From assembly GCA_963555815.3 (NCBI GenBank), contig CAUVWX020000002.1, positions 160,001 to 224,000 on the forward strand: a stretch of 64,000 nt of DNA. The letters run 5' to 3'. The translations under genes and the position numbers were made by a program. The stretch is from a bacterium (GTDB lineage Bacteria; UBA8248; JACPRG01; G963555815). Below, piece by piece: positions 51,195-60,392 of this stretch (the first letter of the stretch is position 1; the number at the start of each line of letters is the position of its first letter). The notes below the pieces were generated by a model, which was given only the letters and a program-made list of their open reading frames with translations, had not been told where the DNA came from and ran no database searches.

Positions 51195-52385
51195 ATGAGG
51201 AGGGGGAAGCCCTTGTTGAAACGAAGGCCTAAAAAACTCGCGATCTGGGGTGGAGGACTCTTCGTTGCAGGAGCGCTTCTCGTCGGGACCATCCCGGGTT
51301 TGGTCCTGGCGCGATCCCTCTCAGTGACGAAAATTCTGGCTGAGACCCACCCCGATTCCACCCGGATCGTCATCCATGTAAGCGGTCCGACCTCCTATCG
51401 CCACGACCGACTCCATGACCCTGAGCGACTCTATGTGGACGTCCATGGGAGTGTGCTGAGGCTTCAAACGCCCGGGGACATTCCTAGTCACAGCAGTCAC
51501 CTAAAGCGGATCCGAACAGCTCAAAACAGCCCCTCCGTTGTCCGGGTGGTCCTCGACCTGAAGAAAAACCCGGGCTATCGGGTCTTCACGCTGGCCAATC
51601 CTTTTCGGATCGTGGTGGAGATCCAGGGGGGTTCACCCAACGGGGAGGGGAGGGTCGATCCCCTTGAACTCACATTGGTCGAACGTTTTAAACGGGGCCT
51701 CGGCAGGATTGTCATCGACCCGGGACATGGGGGGAAAGACCCAGGGGCCATCGGGGTGACGGGTCTCGAGGAGAAAAAGGTGGCCTTGGATATCGCAAGA
51801 CGCCTCGCCCCCATCCTTCGCAAAGCGCTTCGAGCGACTGTCTTTCTCACCCGGGAGAAAGACGTGTTTCTCTCCCTGGAGGCCCGCACCGCTTTTGCCA
51901 ATGCCAAGAAGGCCGATCTTTTCATCTCCATCCACGCGAATTCAAGCCCTCGGTCCAAAGTCAGAGGCATTGAGACTTTCATTCTCCGGGAGGCCTCGAG
52001 CCGGGATGCGCTGGAGACCGCTGCCCGTGAGAACAACGTTTCCATTAAAAAGCTCTCAGACCTTCAGATCATCCTGAGTGACTTGATGCTGCGCTCCAAG
52101 GCTGACGAGTCCCTGTTCCTGGCCCGGGCGGTTCATAACGCCTTGCTGATCTCCGTCAGGACGCGGTCCCCGAAGTCGCAGGATCTCGGCATCCGGCAGG
52201 CGCCCTTTTACGTTCTCCTCGGGGCTGAGATGCCGAGTATTCTCGTGGAGACAGGCTTTCTCTCCAACCGAAAGGACGAGAGGCAGATACGCTCGGCCCG
52301 CTATCGAAAGGCTCTTGCTTTGGCCATCGCCCAAGGCGTGAAAGATTTCGTCACTGGGGCTCCCATTACTGCCCAGGCCCGCTGA
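51195..52385 (+). CDS. N-acetylmuramoyl-L-alanine amidase with AMIN domain
   Basis: IDPGHGGKDPGA, EK, SIHAN, APFYVL, LVETGF. Confidence 0.95.
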   Translation: MRRGKPLLKRRPKKLAIWGGGLFVAGALLVGTIPGLVLARSLSVTKILAETHPDSTRIVIHVSGPTSYRHDRLHDPERLYVDVHGSVLRLQTPGDIPSHSSHLKRIRTAQNSPSVVRVVLDLKKNPGYRVFTLANPFRIVVEIQGGSPNGEGRVDPLELTLVERFKRGLGRIVIDPGHGGKDPGAIGVTGLEEKKVALDIARRLAPILRKALRATVFLTREKDVFLSLEARTAFANAKKADLFISIHANSSPRSKVRGIETFILREASSRDALETAARENNVSIKKLSDLQIILSDLMLRSKADESLFLARAVHNALLISVRTRSPKSQDLGIRQAPFYVLLGAEMPSILVETGFLSNRKDERQIRSARYRKALALAIAQGVKDFVTGAPITAQAR

Positions 52386-52429
52386 GATCCTCTTAGGGGA
52401 ACCCGTCCACCCCATTTCGGATTGTCACC

Positions 52430-53785
52430 ATGCCCCCCTTGGTTGCCATTGTGGGCCGACCCAACGTGGGAAAGTCCACCCTCTTCAACCGTCTCGTAGG
52501 AGGCCGAGGGGCCATCGTCGAGCCAACCCCCGGCGTGACCCGGGACTACCACTACGGGGACGCCTCTTGGTCGGGGCGGGACTTTCTGGTAGTGGACACC
52601 GGCGGGATCGGCCTTGACTTGACGACCGATCTGGCCCGTTCAGTGGCCCACCAGACGACCATGGCCATCGAGATCGCGGACCTCATCCTTTTCCTGGTGG
52701 ACGGGCGGGCAGGGGTGACAGAGGCCGACAAAGAGGTGGCCCAGTCCTTGCGCGGCGCCGCCAAACCCATCGCCCTGATCGTGAACAAGATAGATGGCTC
52801 GGGACAGGACCCCGATGTTGCTGAGTTCTATCGTCTTGGCATCGAACCGATTTACGCCGTTTCAGCAGAGCATGGCCGCGATGTGGGAGATTTGCTGGAC
52901 GCCATCGTAGAGCTCCTACCCCCTTCCCCCTCGCCGGAGACCCCCGGGGAGGCCCCGGTGGCAGTGGCGGTGGCGGGGCGACCCAACGTGGGGAAGTCCT
53001 CCCTGGTGAACCGACTCTTGGGAGAGGAACGCGTCATCGTGAACCCAGAGCCCGGGACGACGCGAGACGCCATTGACACCCCTTTGAGAGTGCAGGGGCG
53101 GGACTATCTCCTCATCGATACGGCGGGGATCCGGCGAAAGGGAAAGCTGCGCCTCCCTGTGGAGCGTTATAGCGTCCTATCGGCCCTCAAGAGTTTCTCG
53201 CGCGCCGATGTGGTTCTCCTCTTGCTGGACGCTATCGAGGGACTGGCGGTGCAAGACGCCCGGATCGCAGGCTACGCCGCCTCGTCCGGAGCGGGCCTCG
53301 TCCTGGTGGTGAACAAGTGGGACGCAGTCCCTGAAGCGCGCAAGGATGTCCGGATCTGGACGGAGGAGCTTCGAGACCGGTTGAGGCACGTCAGCTTCGC
53401 ACCCATCCTCACCCTCTCAGCCCTGACAGGCCAGCGGGTCTCCCGCCTCTTCCCCCTCATCGACCGGGTGGCGGCCGAGCGCTCCAAGCGCCTCCCCCCG
53501 GCCGAAGTGAGCGAGGCCCTGGAAGAGATTTTCTTTCGCCACCCGCCCCCCCTCGCGGGCCGGCGTCCTATGCGATTCTATTCGGGGAAGCAGATTGGGG
53601 TCCGTCCTCCCACCTTCCTCTTCTCGGTAAACCGGCCCGAGGCGGTTCATTTCTCTTATGAGCGCTATCTCGCGAATCAGCTCCGCCGGCGTTTTGGGTT
53701 TGAGGGAGCCCCGCTTCGTCTGGTCTTTCGCACACGCCGGAGATCCCCTTCGCGAAGAGGAGGCCCCACCCGGGGCGCGCCTTGA
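52430..53785 (+). CDS. der: Ribosome biogenesis GTPase Der
   Basis: Two GRPNVGKS G domains and a C-terminal KH-like domain. Confidence 0.96.
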   Translation: MPPLVAIVGRPNVGKSTLFNRLVGGRGAIVEPTPGVTRDYHYGDASWSGRDFLVVDTGGIGLDLTTDLARSVAHQTTMAIEIADLILFLVDGRAGVTEADKEVAQSLRGAAKPIALIVNKIDGSGQDPDVAEFYRLGIEPIYAVSAEHGRDVGDLLDAIVELLPPSPSPETPGEAPVAVAVAGRPNVGKSSLVNRLLGEERVIVNPEPGTTRDAIDTPLRVQGRDYLLIDTAGIRRKGKLRLPVERYSVLSALKSFSRADVVLLLLDAIEGLAVQDARIAGYAASSGAGLVLVVNKWDAVPEARKDVRIWTEELRDRLRHVSFAPILTLSALTGQRVSRLFPLIDRVAAERSKRLPPAEVSEALEEIFFRHPPPLAGRRPMRFYSGKQIGVRPPTFLFSVNRPEAVHFSYERYLANQLRRRFGFEGAPLRLVFRTRRRSPSRRGGPTRGAP

Positions 53786-53811
53786 CAAGGGATCGGTGCC
53801 CTTGCTAGAGT
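53782..53811 (+). promoter_or_regulatory. Putative sigma-70 promoter of the EF-G paralog
   Basis: TTGACA-18-TAGAGT; spacer holds the inverted repeat CAAGGG/CCCTTG. Confidence 0.4.
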
Positions 53812-53847
53812 CAAACCATCTCTGTTATCCCGAGGGGATGCCTGTGC

Positions 53848-55926
53848 ATGAAGGCCTATGATGTCCAGCATCTTCGCAACGTAGGTCTCATTGGCCAGGG
53901 CGGGGCTGGGAAGACTTCCCTGGCGGAGGCCATGCTTTTTGACGCCGGCGCCACCCAACGCCTGGGAAAGGTGTCGAACGGTTCCTCCATCTTCGACTAC
54001 GACCCCGACGAAGTCACGCGTCAGAAAAGCCTCAACGCGATGCTGGGGTTTTGCGAGTGGAAGAACCAGAAAATCAACATCGTGGACACCCCTGGCTACG
54101 CCAACTTCGCTGCCGACACTCAGGGTTGCATGCGGGTCCTGGAGGGGGCCATCGTCCTGCTGGACGTCTCGGCTGGCCTGAAGGTCCAGACGGAGAAGGT
54201 GTGGAAGTGGGCCGACGATGCCCAGGTGCGCCGCCTTATTTTTCTAAACCAGATGGATGAGGAGCGGGCGGACTTCGAGGGCACCCTGGATCAGGCCGCT
54301 CAAGTCCTCAGCCCAAAGCCCGTCGCGATCCAGATCCCCATCGGCAAGGGTCCGGACTTTCGTGGTGTGGTGGACCTTCTGGACCAGAAGGCCTGGTTGT
54401 TTGCCAGCGACGGCAGCGGGAAGATGGAGGGAGGGGAGGTCCCGGCAGAGCTCCAGAAGAAGGTTGGGGAGGCGCGGGAGAATCTTATCGAACTCATTGC
54501 GGAGACCGACGACAAGCTCCTGGAAAACTATCTGGAGACCGGGGAGCTGCCAGTCGAAGAGGCCAGACAAGCGATGGCGGTGGGCGTCCGGGCGGGGAAA
54601 CTGGTTCCCGCGCTCTGCGGATCAGCTGTGAATAATATGGGTGTCCAGCCTCTCCTTGATGCCATCTCGGCCTTTCTCCCATCGCCGCTGGAACGCCCCC
54701 CGGTGGAGGGCACGTCCCTGGACGGAGACAAAACCTCACGGGCCGAACCCAAGCCTGATGCCCCTTTGGTTGCCCAAGTCTTCAAGACTCTCTCTGACCC
54801 TTACGCCGGCCGGCTGACCTTCTTTCGGGTTTTCTCTGGGACCCTCCGCGCGGACTCCACCATTTACAATTCGGCCCAGAAGGAAAAAGAGCGCGTGGGG
54901 CAGCTCTTTTTCATCCAGGGCAAGGAACAAAAGCCCGCCCCGACCATCTCGGCTGGGGACTTTGGGGCCGTAGCCAAGCTGAAGATCACCAAGACGGGGG
55001 ACACCCTTTGCGATGAAAAGACACCCATGCTCTTGCCCCCCATCCCATTCCCCTCACCCGTCCTCTCCTTGGCTATCGTTCCCAAGGCCAAAGGGGACGA
55101 GGAAAAGGTGGGCCTGGCCCTTGGCCGACTGGTGGAGGAGAACCCAACCCTTCAGGTGGGCCGGGATCTCCAAACGAATGAGATGATTATCTCCGGGATG
55201 GGGGATCTGCACCTGGAGGTCATGGTAGAATGGATGAAGCGCAAGTTCGGCGTTGAGGTGGAAGCCAAGACTCCTCGGGTCCCTTACAAGGAGACCGTCC
55301 GCTCGTCCGCCAAGGCCCAGGGAAAATACAAGAAGCAGACGGGGGGGCGGGGTCAGTACGGCGATGCCTGGATTGAGATCAAAGCCTTGCCTCACGGTCA
55401 GGGTTTCGAGTTTGTCAACAAGATCGTGGGCGGCGCGATCCCGAGGCAGTACATTCCGGCTGTAGAAAAAGGGATCGTTGAGGCCATGGGGTCAGGCCCC
55501 CTGGCTGGCTACCCAGTTGTGGATCTGAGGGCCACCCTCTACGATGGGACCTTCCACGCCGTCGATTCCTCCGAAATGGCGTTCAAGATCGCCGGCTCTC
55601 TCGGGTTTAAAAAGGCGTTTCAAGAGGCCAAGCCGATCCTCCTTGAGCCCGTCATGAACATAGAGGTGGAAGTCCAGGACGAACTGGTGGGGGACGCCAT
55701 CGGAGACCTGAACTCCAGGCGGGGGAAGGTGCTGGGGGTCCGTTCAGCCTTCCGTTCTCAGGTGGTTTCGGCCCAGGTCCCCATGGTTGAAGTCCTCACC
55801 TACGCCTCGACCCTTCGGTCCATGACGGCCGACCGGGGGAGCTTCTCTATGGAGTTCTCCCATTACGAAGAGGTTCCAAGCCAGCTGGCCGAGAAACTGA
55901 TCTCCCAGAGCGCCAAGGAATCCTAA
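53848..55926 (+). CDS. fusA: Elongation factor G paralog (EF-G2-like)
   Basis: Full EF-G domain pattern ([18 protein letters not shown]) with variant GTPase motifs [22 protein letters not shown]. Confidence 0.9.
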   Translation: MKAYDVQHLRNVGLIGQGGAGKTSLAEAMLFDAGATQRLGKVSNGSSIFDYDPDEVTRQKSLNAMLGFCEWKNQKINIVDTPGYANFAADTQGCMRVLEGAIVLLDVSAGLKVQTEKVWKWADDAQVRRLIFLNQMDEERADFEGTLDQAAQVLSPKPVAIQIPIGKGPDFRGVVDLLDQKAWLFASDGSGKMEGGEVPAELQKKVGEARENLIELIAETDDKLLENYLETGELPVEEARQAMAVGVRAGKLVPALCGSAVNNMGVQPLLDAISAFLPSPLERPPVEGTSLDGDKTSRAEPKPDAPLVAQVFKTLSDPYAGRLTFFRVFSGTLRADSTIYNSAQKEKERVGQLFFIQGKEQKPAPTISAGDFGAVAKLKITKTGDTLCDEKTPMLLPPIPFPSPVLSLAIVPKAKGDEEKVGLALGRLVEENPTLQVGRDLQTNEMIISGMGDLHLEVMVEWMKRKFGVEVEAKTPRVPYKETVRSSAKAQGKYKKQTGGRGQYGDAWIEIKALPHGQGFEFVNKIVGGAIPRQYIPAVEKGIVEAMGSGPLAGYPVVDLRATLYDGTFHAVDSSEMAFKIAGSLGFKKAFQEAKPILLEPVMNIEVEVQDELVGDAIGDLNSRRGKVLGVRSAFRSQVVSAQVPMVEVLTYASTLRSMTADRGSFSMEFSHYEEVPSQLAEKLISQSAKES

Positions 55927-55931
55927 GACCT

Positions 55932-56357
55932 ATGAGAAACCTACAGGACGAAGTCTCGGAGGACGGGGTGGCAAAGGAGACCATTCCCGACAAGCTCTTC
56001 TTTAAGATCGGGGAAGTGGCCGATCTGGCCAGGACCAGACCCCACGTGCTTCGCTACTGGGAGTCGGAGTTCAAAGTCCTCAAGCCTGTCAAGAATGCCT
56101 CAGCGCAACGCGTGTACAGGCGAAAGGATGTCGAGCTGGTCTTGGAGATTAAGCGGCTCCTCTACGAGGAGCAGTACACCATCTCAGGGGCCAAAAAGAA
56201 GCTTTCCACCCGCAGGAGTTCTACGAAAGCGGATGAACCGCATCAAGGGAAAGGCGCGCGCCCCAGAGGTGCTGATAGGACCCGCCTCGACAAGCTCCTG
56301 AAGGAGATCGAAGAGGACCTTTCTTCCCTCCTAAACCACCTGGGGCCGCCCCCTTGA
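55932..56357 (+). CDS. MerR-family transcriptional regulator
   Basis: FKIGEVA...[10 protein letters not shown]; common arrangement upstream of tRNA-Pro. Confidence 0.9.
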   Translation: MRNLQDEVSEDGVAKETIPDKLFFKIGEVADLARTRPHVLRYWESEFKVLKPVKNASAQRVYRRKDVELVLEIKRLLYEEQYTISGAKKKLSTRRSSTKADEPHQGKGARPRGADRTRLDKLLKEIEEDLSSLLNHLGPPP

Positions 56358-56383
56358 GTCCCGTCGTAGCCCTTTTGAATCCC

Positions 56384-56412
56384 TTGACGGAAATCCTGGC
56401 GGGTGCTAAGAA
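56384..56412 (+). promoter_or_regulatory. Putative promoter of tRNA-Pro
   Basis: TTGACG-17-TAAGAA with extended TG. Confidence 0.45.
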
Positions 56413-56431
56413 AGAATTAGAGGTTTTAGAT

Positions 56432-56508
56432 CGGGGCGTAGCGCAGCCTGGTAGCGCACCTGAATGGGGTTCAGGTGGTCAGGAGTTCAAATCTCCTCGC
56501 CCCGACCA
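56432..56508 (+). tRNA. tRNA-Pro(GGG)
   Basis: CGGGGCGTAGCGCAGCCTGGTAGCGCACCTGAATGGGGTTCAGGTGGTCAGGAGTTCAAATCTCCTCGCCCCGACCA. Confidence 0.97.
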
Positions 56509-56822
56509 TTTTTCCCAATAACTTAAGGTTATTTTCCCTACAAAAACAGGAGAGTTTCTATAAATTAGTTCCATATAGGCTCCAATAAGCGCGCGCTAAG
56601 GGTTCCTTATGGCAGATTCGGGGCCTGGGATCTCAGGAATCTGACCTCCAGCGCCGGATGCCTTACTGCCCAGGGCGCAGGCTGGGAATTCATCCCCATG
56701 GGCTGGACTTCAGGTAATTCCGGCCCTAACTGAAAGCGTGGTACCACTCCTGGGGGCAGGTCAGTCGTCTCCTATTTGACAATAATCTTTTCCCTGATGT
56801 CTCAGGCCTTGAATGTGAGAAG

Positions 56823-57062
56823 TCCAAAGGCACCCTGCCGGACAAGCTCTATCAGAAATGGCTGCGGGGCGAGATCAATCTTATAACTTCCACTGCGCAA
56901 ATGGCTGCGGTAGCTGCGGTTCTCGCCCGGCCTCGTCTGAAAAAGTTTCTCGGCACTGATGAAGCGGAGAGCCTTGTCGAAAACGTCGGCACACGCGCCC
57001 TTATCCTTGACGAACTGCCCGGTGTGAACAAGGCCCCCTTGGCCCGGAAAAGGCCCTTATAG
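56823..57062 (+). pseudogene. Internal fragment of a PIN-domain (PIN_3-like) toxin
   Basis: GTLPDKLYQKWLRGEINLITSTAQMAAVAAVLARPRLKKF; N-terminal DTN and C-terminal DPxD/SGD motifs absent. Confidence 0.6.
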
Positions 57063-57204
57063 ACCGTCGCAATTACCAATAGGAGGAACGCCTGCGGGGC
57101 TGGGGCGCGCTGACCGCACCTCCTCTCGAATCGTGTCGGCGCATCTGAGCAATCTCTGTGCGACGCTATCTTCATGCAGTAACCCATATCGCGAATCCTA
57201 TGCC

Positions 57205-60200
57205 TTATTCGTCCAGGATATCCTTCAACGTCTTGCCGGGCTGCGGTTTGTCCACCTGTGTCATAAACTCCGGATGGGTGAACAGAGGGTTGCCAGACGA
57301 CCAGAGTTCCAGGCTTTCGGCGTGTTCCTCGAAATACTCCGGATCGGTGGTCACCCGCAGGCGCTCAGTCATGCCAGGGGCTAGCAGGCCGTATTCCCGG
57401 CTTCCCATGGGCTGGACATCGGTTCCCGCCGGCAGCAGGTTAGATAACCCGATCATTCTGTCGAGATCCTCCATGGTGACCGATGACGGCGCTCGCTCCG
57501 GCATGGCGAGGTCTTCATCCGTTACCGCATCGATATCGAAACCTCGCCCCTCGGCCGCCCGTGCCTGTTGCTCGATGGCATCGATGGCATTGGCGCGGCT
57601 CCGATCATCCCGGGTCTCCCCAGATAGCACGGTTTTAGAAATCATCCGGGGCAATTGCGCCAGAATCGGCTGCAAGCGCCCGACCACGGATTCGAATAGG
57701 CCGATGCGCTCCCGGAGTGCCCGGTAAACGTCCGCTTCGACCGTGTCTTCATAGTGCAGATTGATGATTCGGATGGTCTCATTCTGCTGGCCGAGACGAT
57801 CGATGCGACCGATGCGCTGCTCCACCCGCATGGGGTTCCACGGCATGTCGTAGTTGATCAGGGCGCCGCAGAACTGGAAATTAAGACCCTCGGCGGCGGC
57901 ATCCGTACACAACAGAATATCGGCTTCACCGTCACGGAACCGCCGTTTGGCATCGTCTCGGCTGATCCGCTGCCAAGAGCCGTCGCTGGAGGGTATTTCT
58001 CCGCCGCGTCCCGAGAAGCACATCAGCCTTTGATCGGTGTCCTTCAGGATTTCCCCGCGCAGAAAATCCATGGTATCGGTGTACTGGGTGAAGACCATCG
58101 CCTGGCGGTAGCCATCCTGACGCAATTCGGCAAGGCTGCTCTTCAGGCTTCCAAGCTTGCTGTCCGGCGGCAGTTGGCCGATACGGGCAAGAAGGCTTTC
58201 GATGTCGGCCTCCTCTTCAGCGGCGAGAGCCTCACGCTCCAGCACTTCCACTTCATCCGCATCCAGGATTTCATCCATGGTTTCATCGTCCGGCGCATCT
58301 TCGTCGAGCCCCACCCATTGCACCATGCCACCGGCTGCAATGGCGTCGAGGTGCCTCTGGAGAGTCTTGCGCAAGGCACTGAAGCTACTGGCGAGGCGCC
58401 GCCGGTAGATGGTCATGACGAACCCCACCGCCGTGCGCTCCTTGGCGCTGGCCTGGTTGTAGGTGCTGGCGATGTAATCCTCGACCGCGTCATAGATCGA
58501 CCGCTCTTCCAGCGTCATCTCGAGAAAGCGATCCTCGACCCGCCGGTCGGCGATCGGCGTGGTCAACAGGCCCACCTTGAAATACCGCCGCAGCAGTTCG
58601 CGGGTGTGCCGTGAGACCAACCGCCGGATCGGCGTGTTTGCCCGCATGATCTGGATCGCTGCCCGGCGCTCCGGCGTTTCCAATTGACGGCGCGGGATGC
58701 TGGCGTCGTCACGTAATGCTCGAAGAACCTTGCCGGCCTTCAGGGGCGACAGGTCGGCGAGGCATTGCGCGTCTTCTTGCATAACCTCGCCATAGTGTTG
58801 TTCAACCGACTGAAATAGCCGGGCCATACGGTCTAACGCATCCGATGACGGATTCGGCTGTTCAATGTCGTCAAAAAAGCCGAGAAACGCCCAGGCGGTC
58901 CACTCCGGCGGCAGGCCGAGCAGATTAAGCAGGTCCCAGACCTCGATGGGATGGACCTGCATCGGTGTTGCCGTCAGCAACACCAGCCCTTTAGTGCGGT
59001 CCTTCAGTCCCTGCATCAGGCGGAGAAGCGCATTCAGGCCGCCTTCCTGCGGGCTTCCCGCAGCCCGTCGCCGGGCATGATGGGCTTCGTCGAGCACCAC
59101 CAGATCCCAGGGTTCGGCTTCCTCCAGAAGCCCTCCCGCCCGGTCGCTCCGGCGCATCAGGTGGCTTGATGTAATCACCACAGGTTCATGATGCCATCGG
59201 TCGCGGGCGACCAGGCGCTCGTTCCGCCCACGACACGCCGGGGAGGGATACCAAACCAGCTTGCGGCCATCGTAGATCGGCCAATTGAGATTGAACTTCT
59301 CGCGGAGTTCGATCTGCCATTGTTTGAGGACGGCCTTGGGCGCCAGGATCAGGACCCGCCTGGCGAGTCCGGCAAGCCACGCCTGGCGGAGCAAAAGGCC
59401 CGCCTCGATGGTCTTGCCGAGGCCGACCTCGTCGGCGATCAGAAGCCTGGGCGGCCAATCGCGGTAGAGGCGCTCAAAAGCCTTCACCTGGTGCGGCCAG
59501 GGGGTGACCGCCGAGGTCATTTCTCCTACACGCTCGCCTCCGTCCGGTAATGAGGGCGCATGCTGGATGAAAGACCAGACGCGGCTTCTGAGATCGCCAG
59601 GTTGCAGCGCTGGCGGTATTTCGGGCTCCTTCGCCTCGGGCTCCGGCTTCTCCGGTGAAAGCTTTGCGGGTTTCTTCTCAGGCTCCTCCTTGAGGCGGGC
59701 GGGCTTATCGCTTGCCGGCATGAACCGCATCAGGTCTTGGCGCGCGGCATCGGGCACGTCGAGCACGATCACGCGCTGCGCCTTGTTGGCCCAGATGCGC
59801 GCGAAGTTGGCCTCCTCATCGCCGACCCGCCTGGGTTCCGGACCCCAGTTCGTATAAACGCTGATGCTCTCCCAGTTGTACCGCCAGCCGGCGGCGGTCT
59901 CGTTGAGGCTGCCGGTCCAGGCTATCTTGTCGCCGCCACGGTCCTCGATGATGCCGGCCTTCTCGTGAAAGATGCCATCCGCCGGGATCGGCTTGTTATT
60001 GGCGTCGCAGGGGACGGCCACCTTCACATCCAGATGGCCGCGCGCGATCATCCAGGCCAGCAGTTCCAGCGCGTCGGAAGAGGCCGGGTCTGGTGGAGCC
60101 AGGGGAAAGCTTGTCAAATGCCGTTCGACGAGAACGCAAAGCTGCTCGCCTTTCTCTATCGCCTCGATCTCGGGCGGTTCCAGGGTGCAGCCGACGACAA

Positions 60201-60390
60201 GCCGCATGCGGCCGCCGTTTCGGACCAGCCCTTCGATGCCGCGCGCCGCCAGCGTCAGGGCGCGGGCATTGAAGTATCCGGTCAGCCGGTCGTAGCGCTC
60301 GGCGTCCTCCAGCGCGGGGACGTAGAACAGCTTGACGAGATCGCCGTCATCGGGGGTGTATTTGAGGTTCCATGTGCGATCGCCGAGCAT
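57205..60390 (-). CDS. SNF2-family helicase with N-terminal PLD-like nuclease domain
   Basis: FHEK...GSLNET, ADEVGLGKT, DEAH, TATP, EGLNFQ, QRIGRIDR. Confidence 0.92.
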   Translation of the reverse strand: MLGDRTWNLKYTPDDGDLVKLFYVPALEDAERYDRLTGYFNARALTLAARGIEGLVRNGGRMRLVVGCTLEPPEIEAIEKGEQLCVLVERHLTSFPLAPPDPASSDALELLAWMIARGHLDVKVAVPCDANNKPIPADGIFHEKAGIIEDRGGDKIAWTGSLNETAAGWRYNWESISVYTNWGPEPRRVGDEEANFARIWANKAQRVIVLDVPDAARQDLMRFMPASDKPARLKEEPEKKPAKLSPEKPEPEAKEPEIPPALQPGDLRSRVWSFIQHAPSLPDGGERVGEMTSAVTPWPHQVKAFERLYRDWPPRLLIADEVGLGKTIEAGLLLRQAWLAGLARRVLILAPKAVLKQWQIELREKFNLNWPIYDGRKLVWYPSPACRGRNERLVARDRWHHEPVVITSSHLMRRSDRAGGLLEEAEPWDLVVLDEAHHARRRAAGSPQEGGLNALLRLMQGLKDRTKGLVLLTATPMQVHPIEVWDLLNLLGLPPEWTAWAFLGFFDDIEQPNPSSDALDRMARLFQSVEQHYGEVMQEDAQCLADLSPLKAGKVLRALRDDASIPRRQLETPERRAAIQIMRANTPIRRLVSRHTRELLRRYFKVGLLTTPIADRRVEDRFLEMTLEERSIYDAVEDYIASTYNQASAKERTAVGFVMTIYRRRLASSFSALRKTLQRHLDAIAAGGMVQWVGLDEDAPDDETMDEILDADEVEVLEREALAAEEEADIESLLARIGQLPPDSKLGSLKSSLAELRQDGYRQAMVFTQYTDTMDFLRGEILKDTDQRLMCFSGRGGEIPSSDGSWQRISRDDAKRRFRDGEADILLCTDAAAEGLNFQFCGALINYDMPWNPMRVEQRIGRIDRLGQQNETIRIINLHYEDTVEADVYRALRERIGLFESVVGRLQPILAQLPRMISKTVLSGETRDDRSRANAIDAIEQQARAAEGRGFDIDAVTDEDLAMPERAPSSVTMEDLDRMIGLSNLLPAGTDVQPMGSREYGLLAPGMTERLRVTTDPEYFEEHAESLELWSSGNPLFTHPEFMTQVDKPQPGKTLKDILDE

Positions 60391-60392
60391 GG

